NCBI RefSeq assembly: GCF_001194135.2
Contig: NC_068988.1
Span: 50,390,022 to 50,454,021 of the forward strand
Direction: 5' to 3'
From: Octopus bimaculoides
Lineage: Eukaryota
Length of the DNA: 64,000 nucleotides
Shown piece by piece: positions 45,761 through 61,550 of the stretch. Both the position numbers and the translations under genes were made by a program. Below the pieces are notes generated by a model that had not been told where the DNA came from, ran no database searches, and worked only from the letters and a program-made list of their open reading frames with translations. Numbering within the stretch: position 1 is the first letter of the stretch; every line of letters starts with the position of its first letter.

Positions 45761-47638
45761 ATACAGTTTACCATGCTCTCATATTTATCAGGTTTTATTT
45801 GTTTCTCATTTCCCCTCCCTTCCAATTAAATTTTTCACTCTCCTGCTCTTCTCCTCCCTCCTTTAATCTGTGTTGTGGATTTTTACCTGATTTGATTTTC
45901 ATTTTATTTTATAATAAAAGCAAAATAATAAAAGTTGATCATTTTAAGAAAAAAAAAATGCAATAAATTAACCAAGTTTTTCTTGCCTTTTATTTAAAAA
46001 TTCACTAATTAACAATTTGGCTATTTGCTGAGACATGATTCAGTAAGAATAATAAGCTCAAATCTATTAACACTTCATAGTATAATATCATACAATAATT
46101 ACAGCATAAATAATCATTTTCATAGTTCCAAATATCTATAGGGCTAGTGTCTGTCTCTGCTTTCTATAGTTTCAAGATGTTGAAATACAGAGCAGCGTCT
46201 TCTCACAGCTAGTTTTTCCCACCAAATTATTCATCTATATTGTGATATTGCTTTAAGATGGTAAGCTGGCAGAACTGTTAACACACCATGCAAAATGCTT
46301 AGCATTTCACCCATCATTACATTCTGAGTTCAAATTCTGCCAAGGTCAACTTTGCTTTTCATCTTTTCTGGGTTGATGAAATGAGTACCAGTTGAACACT
46401 GGAGTCAATGTAATAGACTTACCCACTTCCCCTGAAATTGTTGGCCTTGAGCCAAAAATTGAAACCAAAATTGGGATATTTAAATTGGTGAATTATATAT
46501 CATCTTATCGAATCTATTTAGAGTTATGTAAACTCAGCCATTAACACTTAGGTGTATTGACAATACACAGTGCTAAGAGTAGATGGTTTATATTACATAA
46601 GAACCTTAACAATCAGTGAAGTAGTATAGCTTAAACCTTGCTAAAATCATATTACAAATTGGCCTGCAAGAACTTATCTGTTAGTATCCTGCAAAAAGCA
46701 CTTGTGTCAGCGCCACATATAAAATGTCCATGCCAGTGCCACATAAAAAGCACCCTGCATATTCTGTAAAGTGGTTGACTTTAGGAAGGGCATCAAACCA
46801 TAAAAACTAAGTCAAATCAGATTAGAATCTGGTGCAGCTCTCCTACTTGCCAGCTCTGGTCAAACCATCCATCCCATACCAGCATGGAAAATGGATGTTA
46901 AAGAATGATGATGATGTGTACCTAGGAAAACAATGTAAATTTACTAGCCTCAGTCTGCCTGGATGACAAGTGAAAACTACATAAATATTCTGTAAATAAT
47001 GATATTTTATTAGCAATCCCTGTTTATTGACTAAAGAAAATAACTTGATACTGGGGTGTGCAAGTCCTTGAGGGGAAAAAAGTGGGTTTCCCATACATAT
47101 GGGAAATGCACACACTTCTTTAAAAAATGACACTAATGGGAAAAAGTGAATGGGTACATTGGTGTAATAGTAGTACACTTGTGAATATATAGAGGTGTAG
47201 GTTCACATCTCATGCATATGGAAAACCCACTTTCTTCCATTGAGAGATTATATGCCCCAATAATATACTATTTTCTTTAGTCAATACATGGTGATTGCTT
47301 ATAAAGTACTAATATTAATTTATAGAATTGTCACTTGTCACTGCTTCTCAACTCATTGCAGAAAACGCACATACTTGTTTGTTTAAAATATATATGGTTT
47401 GTGAATGACTGACAATATTCTCAATCCTACCATGGGCTCAGTAGCAGGAAGACCAAACATACAGCTGTAAAAGCAGTCCAATAATTCATATGCCAATATT
47501 AGTTTATGAGCACTTAACTCCACTCTGCCTTCTTGCTCTGGGAAAAACTGAATTTTAAATGGTCAAAAAAACTTAAATTAAAAAAAGTATTTTATGGCGC
47601 GCACACACACACACGCATACACACACATACATACATAC

Positions 47639-47671
<33 letters not shown>

Positions 47672-49212
47672 ACAACAGCAGTTTCATGCAGCTCTGAATG
47701 ACAGTTTCATGGTGTGTAGAGCACATCCATCTTATCAGATATTAGAGGTATGAGAGATTTGAGACAAATTCAAGACTACTTTTAGATGTTTGGCTATATT
47801 AATATATGCAACTCCTACCAAATGTGTTGAGTGACACTTTCATTGTTCACTTTCCTATATATATATATATATATTGTGAAAGTACATGGCTAGGTGGTTA
47901 GGGATATTCAGCTCATGATTATAAAGGTCATGGGTTTGATATCCAGTAGCATGTTGTGTCCTGGAATAAGACGCTATTTCACTTTGCTCCAGTCCACTCA
48001 GCTAGCAAAATTGAGTTATACATTGTAGTTAGCGGGCTAACCTTTTTCACATTCTGTATCATGTGGAATCTCCCTGGGAACTAGATTAAGGGTACACATG
48101 TCTGTGGTGTTTTCAGTAACTTGCATGTTAATTTTACAAGCAGGCTGTTCCGTTAATGGAATCAACTGGAACACTCGCTCTCATAACTGATGGAGAGCCA
48201 GGCAAATGTGTGTGTGTTTTATTAGTTTCCTTTAACTAATCAATGAATCAACTTAAGTATAGTATTAATTTCTTACTATGACACAGAGCTATAAAACTGT
48301 TGAGAAGGTATATATTCAGTTGGAGTTATTTGGTACATTACTGGAATCCGTATTCACTGAAAAGGCTATAGACATAACATTTCTACCATCCAACCATGTT
48401 CTGCTATATTGGTATATACTTAGTAAGCATAAACATAAGTGTGTGGTTATGGTGTTCACTTCCCAACTACATGTTCCAGTTTCACTGTTTGGGTTAACCA
48501 GTCTTGTAAGTAGATCTGGTAGCTGCAATCTGAATGTGTGTATGTTTGTTGTGTCTCTGGTTGCCTTTATATCATGTGGTAGTTGCAAATGAGTATCCCC
48601 TTCATACAAGCGGTGTTATTTGCTTTCAATCTTCCTTAAAATTATGTCCAGCTGTTGAGAAACATTACCTTGCTTGTAAACAGATGAGGGTTGGCAATAG
48701 GAATGGCATTTGGCCTTAAAAAAATCAGCCTCGATGAAGTACATTTGATCCATCCAATTACATGGAAAAGTGGATGTTAAATCCGATGATGATTATTAGT
48801 AAACTATTTTAACATGAAATGAACTTTGAAGTCAATGCTGTTAATGTTTAAATAGCAAAATATCTTGTTCACCAGCATTACTATTTTAGCCAAGTCTAAT
48901 TACTCTTTTATACCAACCGTCTATCATTAGTATTGTACATGAATTTAAGAGTAAAATTGTAGACAAAAGAATGAAATGGTCTTCACAAGAACTAGGAGAT
49001 TATAATGACAGTTTTAAGAATTTTGCAGTTTTAATGTTGCTTATTGGGGGTCAGCTGTCTTCTCTACCATATACAATATATGTGATAACATAATTTCATG
49101 TGATATTGATAAAATATTTGTGTGAGTACATACATACACTTGTGTATATTTTGTTTTATGTGTAGATGTACATACACACACACATTTGCCCATTTATACA
49201 TATATGTATATA

Positions 49213-49265
<53 letters not shown>

Positions 49266-49953
49266 GCACACATATATATATTTAGCATCACAATAAATTT
49301 GACTCTACTCTCACTCTAGAGTTACCTCAGCAGCAAATTTTTCATTATTTTTCTGTACCTTACTTTTACAAATTGCCATATAATACATCACAAGCATCCA
49401 GAACGAATTAACACAAACATTCCATCCACCTCTCTCTCTCTCTCTTTCTCTCTGTATAATATACATACACATTTAAGACCCAGCTGCCTCCCACGAATGG
49501 GTATGGCTTAGTAACATGTACCATAGCTTTTCTCTCTTTGTTTTTGGTGCCTGTATAATCGCAAGCAGACTTAGACACTCTCTCAACCCTCCCACCTTTT
49601 TAACTCAGTGGCACATCCAGGTTGTAACAACCAGAAGGAGAAAGAGCTGCACCAGAACTCAGCTAATACTAATTTCCATCTGAGTCACCTAGAGCAACTT
49701 GCTCAAGGACACAACAAGCTGCCCAGTCTTGGAATTGGAACCATTACATTATTATCATATAATTTTGAGCCAAACACTCAATCTACAAGTTTGTGCGCTT
49801 TCCCTATATATATATATGCATGGGTTGAGGTTCAATCCCACTGTGTGACATCTTGAGCAACTGTTTTCTACAGCTCCAAGCAGACTGAAGCCTTGAGTGG
49901 ATTTGTGGAGCAAAAACTGAAAGAAGCCCATGATGTATATGTGTGTGTTTATG

Positions 49954-49986
<33 letters not shown>

Positions 49987-50183
49987 TTGTGAGAGAGAGG
50001 GAGGGGGGGCTCATTGTGTCCTTGTTTGGTCATCATGCAATAGTTACAAATGAGTGTCACCTGTTTCCAGCCTTCCATGGAAAAGTTTAGCTATGGGAAG
50101 AATTTGCTTTGCTTGAAAATAGATGAGGCCTAACAACAGGAAGAGCTTACAGCCATAGAAAATCTGCTTCAGAGAGCACTAAA

Positions 50184-50267
<84 letters not shown>

Positions 50268-52552
50268 ATGTGTGTGTTTGTGCACATGTGTATGTGTGTG
50301 TGTACAGGCATGACTGTATGATTAAGATGCTTACTTCCCAGTTACATACTTTTGTGTTCACTTTGGGCAAGTGTCATCTACTATACCACCAGGCTAACTA
50401 TATCCTAGTGAGTAGATTTGATTGACAGGTGCTGAAAGAGTTCATTATATATGTATATGTGTGTGTGTGTACCTTTGTCTTGATGTCAAGTTTGTAAATG
50501 ATCCTCACTGGCATACAAGCAATGTTGTTCATTTCCAGTCTTCTGTGAAAAAAAATGTCAGGCCATGGGAGAATATTACTTTGTATGAAAACAGGTGAAG
50601 GTTGGTAACGAGAAGGGCACTACAATATTAATGAAACGTTAATGCTGAGAAACAAATCACAGACCTTTTTTTTTTTTTTTTTAGATTATTCTAAGCCATC
50701 TTTGGCTTAACAAATGGGATTATAGAAAATAATGTTGACTTAAAGACTAGTAATAAAATATCAGCTGGAAGTTTGCTATAGTTTCAAGAAGTTGGACAGG
50801 AAGACAGTGCAACAAATGATTGTAAGTGAGCTCATCAGAACAGAGATTGTTAGTGTAACAGCAGAAATCAGAAAAAGAAAACATGACACAGTAATAGGCA
50901 AATGGATATAGTGTTGGGTAGCTTTTTCTCAGATGTAATTTAAATTTGATGGGAAGTCACTGTCATTACAGTCCCTCTGTTGCAGTTGGTTCCAAGGTGT
51001 ACAGCATATCTACATCTTGTAAGGGACCAAAAACTGTTTACGCTATATTACATACACTATTTTACGACTATAACAACCACACCACTCTACATTATCGCAT
51101 TCTGCCATTATTATATCTTTACAATTAATACTCTCATGCACAGACACTTACACATAAAAAAAGTTTTCACTTAAATTAATTCATGTCTCATACCTTACTT
51201 TTCCACTGATTAGGTCTGATGACTCTCATTTCCAGTTATCATCATCATCATCATTTAGCATCCAATTTCCATTTCAAATTTCTTCAAAATCCCAGTTTCA
51301 CCAATATGTTGTACTTTGTGTTTTTGTGTGGTGGGGGGGGAGGTCATGTCATTGGTGAGCTCACTAGTACTGATATATGAAAAAAAAAGCACCCACAACA
51401 ATCTGTAAAGTGTTTGGCATTAGAAAGGCCATCCAACCATTGGAAACTGGCAAAACAGACATTGAATCTCAACACAGTCTTCTGACCTGTTGGATCCTGT
51501 CTCATTGTCCAACCCATACCAGCTTAGAATATGAACACTACAGAAAATAGTGTTGATGACAATGTGTATATATATATAAATACATGCTCACATTCTGCTT
51601 CTCTGCATTGAGAGATTACAGCTCTGTTATTATGGACATGTTATTACTATGTCAGAGGAAAAAATCTCAAGATGGATTCTTCAAGCTGAGCCAACCAACA
51701 GGAGAATGAAATGGTTGGATACTATTCATAGTTTCAGTTGGTCATGTATAAGAACCCAACCAGAAAGTATAATGACACTTGCTTCTGACAGGATCTTATA
51801 AAGGAGTTGCCAGTGAACTCTATCACCATTACCCTACAAGAATAGTGGACTGAGAATATGAATATATATATGTATATATATATATATATATGCACAAACA
51901 CACCTGAAGCAGGTACAATAATCTAGATAAATTTATAATTATATATATGAAGGATTGGATTATAGGTGATTCAAAAACATTTGATTGTTTAATTAATTAA
52001 AGAGAAAAATAACTAGGAAGCCTTTTACAGATGTGTTTTCAAAAATATTGTTTCCTCATCAGAGATGTACTACTACACTTCAGCTACAAAAGCAACTAGC
52101 AAGTTAACTTGTTAAATCAAAATATATATATATATAACAATAATGATGATAAAACATAAAGAGGTTTCCTTATTTCCATATATTTTAGTTGGTTACAAAG
52201 TTCATTGAACATGGGGCATGAGCAATCTTTTTTGAGAAGCAGGCTTCTTAAAACCTGGTTCATCATCAGGTAGGCCACACTATTAAAGAAAATTCTAAGG
52301 TAATATTTTGTCAGGTACACCACTCAGAAAGTCCCATGGGCCACATGTTGCCCATGACTGACAAGGAATATAGTGTAAATCAGAATACCAGAGGCATGTA
52401 TAATGTGAATAAATCTACACTTATTTATATGAAGGCATTTTGCTGGGAACATTGCAGACAATGTGAAAACATTCCAATATGCTATTTAATATATGGAAAA
52501 AATAATTAAAATTTCAAGTATATATATTTATGTAAATGTAGGTATATGTATG

Positions 52553-52591
<39 letters not shown>

Positions 52592-52854
52592 ATATATGTA
52601 TATAAATATGTATGCATATGTGTATATGTAGAAATATGCATATATGCACTTATATATGAATGGGCACATGTATATGTGTACAGTTATATTTATACATTTT
52701 ATATATATATAATGTGCATATATACATGTATGTATGTATCTGTATGTTGATATATATGTTAATATATATGTATCATTATCATGATATACATATTTATGTA
52801 CATGTTCATATATATATTATATGAGTATAGGTGTGCATGCATATATGCATGAGT

Positions 52855-53190
52855 GCATGCATGGCTGTGTGGTAAGAAGTTTGCTTCTCAACCACGTGGT
52901 TCCAGGTCCAATCCCATTGCATGGCTGATTGGGCAAGTGTTTTCTACATTAGCCCCAGGCCAACCAGAGCCTTGTTAGCAGGAAGAACTGAAAAAAGCCT
53001 GTCATGTGTTTATATTTGTCCCCACTCTCACTGCTTGACAACCAGTCTTAGGTCGACTACACCTTTGTAGCTTAGTGGTTCAGCAATAGCAATCGATAGA
53101 ATAAGTACCAGACTTAAAATAAATATTTGGGTCAATTAGTTTGACTAAACCCATCAAGACAGTTCTTTAGTAGGGTCACAGTCCAATGAA
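52855..53190 (+). mobile_element. tRNA-derived SINE (same family as 44573-44975)
   Basis: Colinear similarity to 44573-44975; another head is cut off by the window end at about 63935-64000. Confidence 0.75.
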
Positions 53191-53629
53191 AATATAAGCA
53201 ATATATGTATGTATGTAGATTTATATGTCTGTATATCTATTTGTGTATATACATGCTACATGCACTCACACAGTATGCAAGAAATATTTGAGAACATATT
53301 TAGTAATTTAGTAAAGCAACTCTAATCTGGTAAAAACCAAATGAATTTTAATAAAGAACTGTACACATGCTCTCAATAAGTTTTCTCATAAGACTATTCA
53401 ATGAATTAACCTTCAGCTTCTATGACTGCTTTGATGTAGGACTGCAATCATTGATACACCTGCACAAGATGGTTCTTATTCATTTCAGACAATTGGTGGT
53501 CTTCAATGAAGCTATGGTATTATGAGGATATCAATTAGTCTCCCTTTCAACAACACTCTAAAATTAGTTGTCCATGGGATTTGAATCTGAAAAGTTTGGC
53601 AGCCACAATTTAGAAGTTACATGATCATA

Positions 53630-53849
53630 AAGATTGACATCCTTTCTTGGGTTATGTGGCTGGATGTGATTGGGGAAGATCTCCAGAGGCTCGACATCAC
53701 CTTGGAGGATGCAGAGGGGGCTGGAACAGCACCACCAGTGATAGAGAGCACTGGTAGACCTGGTTAACTCTACATATTGGTGATACTTCTGGGACCACTA
53801 GCTTGGAATAACCCTAGCCCCATCAAGTAAGAATATGATGCCAGCCAGC

Positions 53850-53850
<1 letters not shown>
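53630..53850 (+). mobile_element. RTE-like LINE 3' end
   Basis: WLDVIGEDLQRLDITLEDAEG-like segment. Confidence 0.55.
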
Positions 53851-53883
<33 letters not shown>

Positions 53884-56800
53884 AATAAAATGTATGTATA
53901 TTTGTGTACATATATATCCTCATCATCATCATATGTATGTATATATACTGATTGAAGAGATTAAGAGCACAGTATTTAAGAGCTTAATTATTAACCCATT
54001 GTTAAAATGCAATACATTATTACAGTGCATTAAATATTAATGGAATAAACTTACATGTATATGTGGAACTGGCTAAAACAATAGTTGAGAGTACCATATT
54101 TAAAAAAGTTTGAAGCAGAAATGTGTGAATTTCAATATTCATAATTTATTTGTTCTCAACAGCTGTTGTGATAGAGCAAAACATCTTTTATTTATTTACA
54201 TAATTAATATAAATAATTAATCAATGTAAATGTGATGTGTTACCTATTTCTTCTTAAGAAAACATGCAAAATTAGCTTACCATTGCTGATTTAAATATGA
54301 TATAAATGAGATAGAAAGAAGGAAAATGAGAGACTAAGAAAATAAGATTTAAACAGAAAGAAAGAAACAGGGAAAAAATGTAAAAAATGCAGAGGAAAAA
54401 AGATGACTGAGAGAGAGACAGACAGACAGAATCAGAGAGGGAGATAGAGAAAGAGACAAACAGACAAAGATAAAAAGCTGAGAGAGGTTATTATTCTGCA
54501 TTAACTTATCTCCAACAATGTCTTCATTTTTTTCTTGTACATGGCTTTACAAATGGGACCACTTCACACCTCTGATCTTCACATCACAAAACATGTGCAA
54601 ACCTCTTATATTTGATTTCTACTTTTGCTAAATATATGTAACTTCTCTTCTAGCTACTTGTTCTTTACTGCTCCTTTTTTTTTCCAGTCTTTCTTAACTT
54701 ATTTCTATAGCTCTGTCTATGGTACTATTCTTATTTCTTTACTGCCTACAAGGGGCTACACACAGCAGGGACAAACAAGGACAGACAAATGGATTAGGTC
54801 GATTAGATCGACCCCTGTGCATAACTGGTACTTATTTAATTGACCCCGAAAGGATGAAAAACAAAGTCGACTTCGGTAGAATTTGAACTCAGAACGTAGT
54901 GGCAGACGAAATACTGCTCAGCATTTCACCCAGCGTGCTATCGTTTCTGCTAGTTCACCGCCTGTCTATGGTACTATTCTACCAATATATCACCTGTCTT
55001 GCTGGAATCTTGTACTAGTTGCTGGTCAGGCATGGAGCCCCCAGTAGGTTATCATGGAGAAACTACCAGTAATCCATCTAGCTCTTGCTGGCAAAGGTTT
55101 AGCATTTGCCACAATTTGTCTTTTTTGTTTGTTGATAGGTATGAAGTCTAACTGACAGAAGTCAGATAGACACAAATGGTTAAGTCATGGAAGGAGACAG
55201 TCAGTTACATCAATGCACAACATGGTAATCTATCGATACTTAAAAGATGAAAAACAAAATCAACCTTGGCAGCATTTGGACTCAGACTGCAAAGAGCCAG
55301 AAGAGATTCTGTTATGCATTTTGCCCAGTGTTATAACAGTTTGCCACCTTCATGATGATGATGATGATGATTTTATTTGCCACCAAGGCAATGGAGGAGA
55401 GGGATGATGCAAAAACAGATATAAAGTGTACAGATTTACATGGAACAAAATGATTTTAAAACACAGAAAGTGAACATGATGTCCATGAATACAAGTATAC
55501 ATAGTATATATATTATGTGTTTACATAGACTAGACAAAAACTTACTGAGGCAGTATTCAATGACCAAATAGCAGTTCAATCCCTATCTATTTTTCAAGTA
55601 AAGCTTTTTGGTCCACTGCTCTTCCTTTGTCAAAATTAGTGAAGTTACTGAGCTACAAGATACATTAAGAAATAAGAAGAAAAGACTAGAAGAGATGAGG
55701 TAGAGAGAGAGTGTGAAATTAATTATTGTTGTAATGCTATGAATTCATCTTGTTATGAAGTAGAGACATACAACATGAAAGTGAGGGCAAACCAAAGCTA
55801 ATTAATTGGTGGTGGGTAGAGACTCCTGGCACAGTGCGGTAAGACACATCTTGGTTGTGGTTGCAGATTGAGGTAAAAGAAGAAGAAACAAGGAGAGGGG
55901 AGGAGGAAAAGGAAAAAGAGAAGGGGTGAGATAAAGGATGACAGGAAAATGGAAGAAAGAAAAGAAGAGGAAACCAATGAAATAAGGGAGGTAAAGAGAG
56001 CAAATAACAGAAATTAAAGATTGAAGACAAAAATGAAAGAAAGAATAAATGAATGACAGGCAGACTGGCAGGAATTGAGAAAAGAAAAAAGTGAAGTGAA
56101 ACACTGAAACAAAGAGGAAGAAGAAATAGAGAGAATATGAAAGGACAAAGACGAAAGCAAAAACAGTAGTGTCAACTGCAATAAATTAAGTTGTTTTGAT
56201 GCATTGTACCATTCTGTTGAAGGGAGGAGAAAGAGTAGAGTGGTACGACTAGTTAAAATTGAAAGCAGGGAGGAAGTTGACTAGTTTGAGACTAGTTTAT
56301 TTATCACAACACTCCTCTTCTGAAACAGAAGCAAGATGTAGTGATAATTACAAGTTTAAGATGAGCGGATGAACATTATTAAAAGCATACGAGATTGTGA
56401 CAGAATAGGTAGGACTGAAGCAGGATATTGAGAAGGTTTGTATAATAAGAAAAAACTAAAAGAAATTATTAAAATACAAAGCAAACAAACAAATTGATAG
56501 ATCAAAATGATATGTAGTTAATGAATTGGAATTAATGAGAGGGATATGCAATGGCAGAGCTGCAGTGTTGTTGCCGGGGGCAGACTTTGAGTTTGTTAAC
56601 CCCTCTCCATACCAACAAGCTTATACAGATATATACAGCAGACCCACAAATGCTTCCTTCATAAAAGCATCGCTTGGAGTGGACTGTATACCCAGCCAAC
56701 CTAGATACACCACTGAGGGTTTCTGAGGAAATTATCAACTGCACCAAAATATAGTCTTTCAATAGTACTGTAATTTAATCGACACTGGAAAGCAGAAAGG

Positions 56801-56899
56801 TAAAATTGACTCTTGCAGATCCAAAGTAAATTCAAAAGGGTGTGTAAAAATATGACATTAAGGACTATCAGGTGGAAGGTGGAAATGCAGGATTCCATC

Positions 56900-57130
56900 A
56901 AGATAGGGCAAGGGAGTGGGTATTAAACAAAAATGTAACTACCATTCTATCTACTGAGTCATTCAACCATTGTTTCATTGCATCTACCCAACACACAGTC
57001 ACACAGAGCCCTCTTCTCCCTAATCGTACCATCTCAGATATGAGAGCAATATTCCATTGTGGGCCTCACTTGAAATTTGAAGAGCACCAGCAGTTGTGGG
57101 CTGAAATATTTGGGATGCAGTTCTGGCTGT
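56900..57130 (-). mobile_element. CR1/Jockey-group LINE relic
   Basis: Minus strand reads QVRPTMEYCSHI*DG, matching the recalled post-RT motif QxRPxMEYCSHxW. Confidence 0.65.
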
Positions 57131-58801
57131 AAAGGACATGCTTTCACCTGTAAACATGTTCATTACCGGGTTTTTGCATAAAACATGTCCAAGCTGTTTG
57201 TTGTCGAACAGACTGGGAGGTTATTACCTTACTTGGAAACTATTGGGGTTGGCAGCAGGAAGAGCATCAGGTCATAGAAATCTCTACTCCAAAATACTCT
57301 CATCTTCCCCAAAGATAATGATAATCTAAGAATACAATTTACCAACTAGTTTGTGTCACATACAATTTTAGTTAGATTCAATCAAGTGCTAAGAATGAAT
57401 TACAATGGAAACTAATACAAGGTAGTTAGTGTAAAGTTGAGGTGGTAAGCTAATCAGAATAAGATAGGTTTATCATCCAGTTTTAGATAGTTACATCAAA
57501 GAAATATCTTTAGGACTTTTTAATAATGACACAAAGAAAATTACTTTTATTAAAAAGAAAAAAGGACATTTTATTGCTTGAACTAAATTTTTTCTTTGCA
57601 TCATATCAAAAGCTTAAATGTGTTTTACAGATACTTTAGTATTGAATAAAATGGTGAAAAAAAAAAAAAACCTCAGGCTATAAGATTTAATAAAACAGGA
57701 CACTGCAACAATTATTTTATTTCTCCATCCTAAAATATACAAACATACTTCAGTCTCTGACCACCAGATATTGGAGTGTTCATGTCTCCTCTCACTGCGT
57801 TTTTTCTTTTTGGATTCTTCTTATAATGGACTCTGTTCTTCAAAACTTTGGCAGGCCTCACACCATCTTGTCTTAAGTAATTTATCTCTTCTCTTTTCAT
57901 CCACTTCCAAACTTGGGGCCTCAACATCATCATTATCATCATCATCATCATTATCATCATCATCATCATCATCATCTCTCTCTCTCTTTCTCTCTCTCTC
58001 ACGGGAATGTCCTCTTGTTGCAAGTGTTCCCTACAGTCATTGATTTGCAATTGCTCAAACAAAACATTAATGGTATCTGTACCAGTAGTATCATAGGGCC
58101 TGTAATAAAGAACATTGCTCTTTCCAGCAGAACAAATTAATAAAAAAAACAATCTATAAGTATATAAAAAATATACACCTTACAGTAGTGTTTACACAAT
58201 ATAAACATACCCAACAATGCAGAGTTTCTTTGACAAAAATCCTCTTATTCATTAAATTACATTTATAGTCTGTACTGCAGCATCTGTTTCTTTTTTCTAT
58301 CACCAGTTCATACAATATTAAAAGCTATTTTACTCTTTATATCACAACTTCTTTTTTATATTAAAAATGTATGTTTTAACACATGTAAGCTTTTGATATG
58401 GCATAAACTGGTAAAAGGCAAAAACAGGTGTTTTATTCAGGCAATAAAATGTACTTTTTTGAAATAAAAATGTAATTTTGTCATGTTATTTTCAAGTCAT
58501 TAAAAAGTTCCAAAAGTATTTCATTGATGTAACTGCTGTTGAAAACACAGATTACTATATTTATAACAGATATTTAAATATTTAAAATTATTAGTAGCTA
58601 TGCAACTAGTGAAAATAATGTATAGTTTGACTGAATATTTATGACATGTAGCTTAGTCATGCAGTTCTGAATTCAGATTCTAAAACTATTGATTTTTTTT
58701 TTTATGTGTCCTTCATTCTTCTGATGGTGGTAGGGGCAACGCAAAAGTTATAGTTACATACCTGGAGTAAAGTGAAATGACTACTCTATTTTCTCCTGAC
58801 A

Positions 58802-58859
<58 letters not shown>

Positions 58860-59334
58860 NNNNNNNNNNNNNNNNNNNNNNNNNNNNNNNNNNNNNNNNN
58901 NNNNNNNNNNNNNNNNNNNNNNNNNNNNNNNNNNNNNNNNNNNNNNNNNNNNNNNNNNNNNNNNNNNNNNNNNNNNNNNNNNNNNNNNNNNNNNNNNNNN
59001 NNNNNNNNNNNNNNNNNNNNNNNNNNNNNNNNNNNNNNNNNNNNNNNNNNNNNNNNNNNNNNNNNNNNNNNNNNNNNNNNNNNNNNNNNNNNNNNNNNNN
59101 NNNNNNNNNNNNNNNNNNNNNNNNNNNNNNNNNNNNNNNNNNNNNNNNNNNNNNNNNNNNNNNNNNNNNNNNNNNNNNNNNNNNNNNNNNNNNNNNNNNN
59201 NNNNNNNNNNNNNNNNNNNNNNNNNNNNNNNNNNNNNNNNNNNNNNNNNNNNNNNNNNNNNNNNNNNNNNNNNNNNNNNNNNNNNNNNNNNNNNNNNNNN
59301 NNNNNNNNNNNNNNNNNNNNNNNNNNNNNNNNNN
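58860..59334. other. Assembly gap
   Basis: N run flanked by (TA)n. Confidence 0.99.
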
Positions 59335-61077
59335 ATATATTATCCAAATTTTATGGTATTAAGTATCCATCGTGGCTGGTCTTACCAATCAGTTTCACAC
59401 AAAAAATACAATTATACTAATATGCTCATGAGAGATAGCCGACATGGAAGGGATATATATATATATATATATATTGAATATTTTAATCTTTCCTTATTGC
59501 AACAGCCACATAATTACACTCACTCATCCATAATGGATTTGTTGTTGTTGATGTTGTTGTGTTTGTTACTGTTGCTGTGGCTGCTGCTGCTGCTTTATTG
59601 TTGTTGCTTTGTTATTGTTGCAGTTGTTAAGTGGTTCTGCTTAATTCTTTTCAAACAGAAATCTGTCGCATGGAAGTATCCTGGTGAATGTTTGAAAACA
59701 GCCTCACATATATCATGCTTTAGTCTTATCCTTTAACACCACTAAGCTTGCAAATCAGTGTAAGTTGCAAAGAAGTGTTAGTTGTTTGTTGCATGGGTAC
59801 AACTCAACACAATATAAGAGGTTAATAAGTAATTGGTGACATAACAAGTAGATTAATTTAAATACAAACTTGTTACCAGTTCAAATATACTTGAGGTATA
59901 TTCGAACATACAAGGAAGTCATTCACTATATTTCATCATGGAGAAAGTTTCTCGCTGTAGACAAATGAGTATAAATACATTAAATCAGCTTACAGCACCA
60001 CCTAACCAGACAGTGGGATGCATGCATTTTTGGAGTGGTTATCTCCCATTTAACCACACAAACCAGACAGGGAGTGCTGTGAGCTGATATGAGAGAGAGT
60101 ACCTCTCTTATGATATTACTGTCATATACATGACTGTTTGCATTGTCACCCTGTTTTGATTTAAATGGTTGTTATTGATATTTAGTGCCATCTCAAACAA
60201 ATCTATGATCAAAAGCACAGCAGTCGTGATCAACCCATCATTTCTCTGTCAATTATGGCATGTATAGGACTACATCGTTGAATGTGTTCTCCTTTAACCC
60301 TTTTAAAACCAGCCTGGCTGAAACTGCCTCTGGCTCTGTAGTATGAATTAAAAACTCTGTAGTTTTTTATTAAAATCTTCCACCAAACCTTAGTCGCAAT
60401 TTATGTTCCTAAAACCAGCTTAATGATGACTTACTAAATTCTTTGATATATCTAAAATTAATTGAAAGAAGCACAGAGCATCTCAGAATAAATTCAGTAA
60501 CAAAAAGGCTAGAATACTTTGGTGCTGGTGTCAAGTAAAATGTCCTGGCACTGGTGCCGCATAAAATGCACTGGTGCTGGTTCCACATATAAAGTACTGG
60601 TGCCATAATTAAAGCACTGGTACTGGTGCCACATAAAAAGGACTGATGCCACTTAAAGAGCATCCAGTACACTCAGTAAAGTGGTTGGTGTTAGGAAAGG
60701 CATCCTGCCATAGAAAACATACCAAAACAGACACTGGAGCCTGGTGCAACTCCTGGCTTTATTAGCTCCTGTCAAACCATCCAACCCATACCAGTATGGA
60801 CAATGGACATTAAATGGTGATGATAATGATGATGATGATGATAAAATGACAGAAACATAAATGAATAAGTGACAATAAATCAGTGTTTTAAAAGTGAAAA
60901 AAATAAACAATGATAATCTATTATGAAGTCAATAATTTCAAATGTTTTCTTCCAAGCCAGAACTTAAATCAACATATATTGGGGATAACCTTATGAATAA
61001 AGATGACTATTAGCAATGTATCAATGGAAAAATCATGTAGCATTCCCAATACTTGCTTGCAGAATGTCATATATATA

Positions 61078-61179
61078 NNNNNNNNNNNNNNNNNNNNNNN
61101 NNNNNNNNNNNNNNNNNNNNNNNNNNNNNNNNNNNNNNNNNNNNNNNNNNNNNNNNNNNNNNNNNNNNNNNNNNNNNNN
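61078..61179. other. Assembly gap
   Basis: N run flanked by (TA)n. Confidence 0.99.
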
Positions 61180-61550
61180 TATATATATATATATATATAT
61201 GCATATGTATGTATGTATATGGATAGATAGATATAGACATACATAGCTATATATATATATACATGTGTGTGTGAATATGTATACACACTCACCCCACCAC
61301 ACACTCACCCCACCACACACACACATAATGTGTGTGTGCGTGTGTATGTGTGTGTGTGCGTGCGTGTGTGTGTGTGTGTGTGCATGTGTGTGTGCGTGTG
61401 TGTGCGTGCGTGCATGTGTGTATCATTATTCAGTTTATTTCAAGATTTCTTGCCAATAGAAATAGAACCGGTTTCTAACCTAAATCCAAGACTCCTTCAT
61501 TGGAATTTCAACATCAACAACAGGGTATGTATGTATGTATGTATGTATGT

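Noticed and set aside
57730-58152. 140-aa minus-strand ORF as a second gene
   Set aside because: Held open by (GA)n and (ATG)n repeats; the flanking segment may be a transposon relic, but I cannot assign a family and see no consistent exon structure
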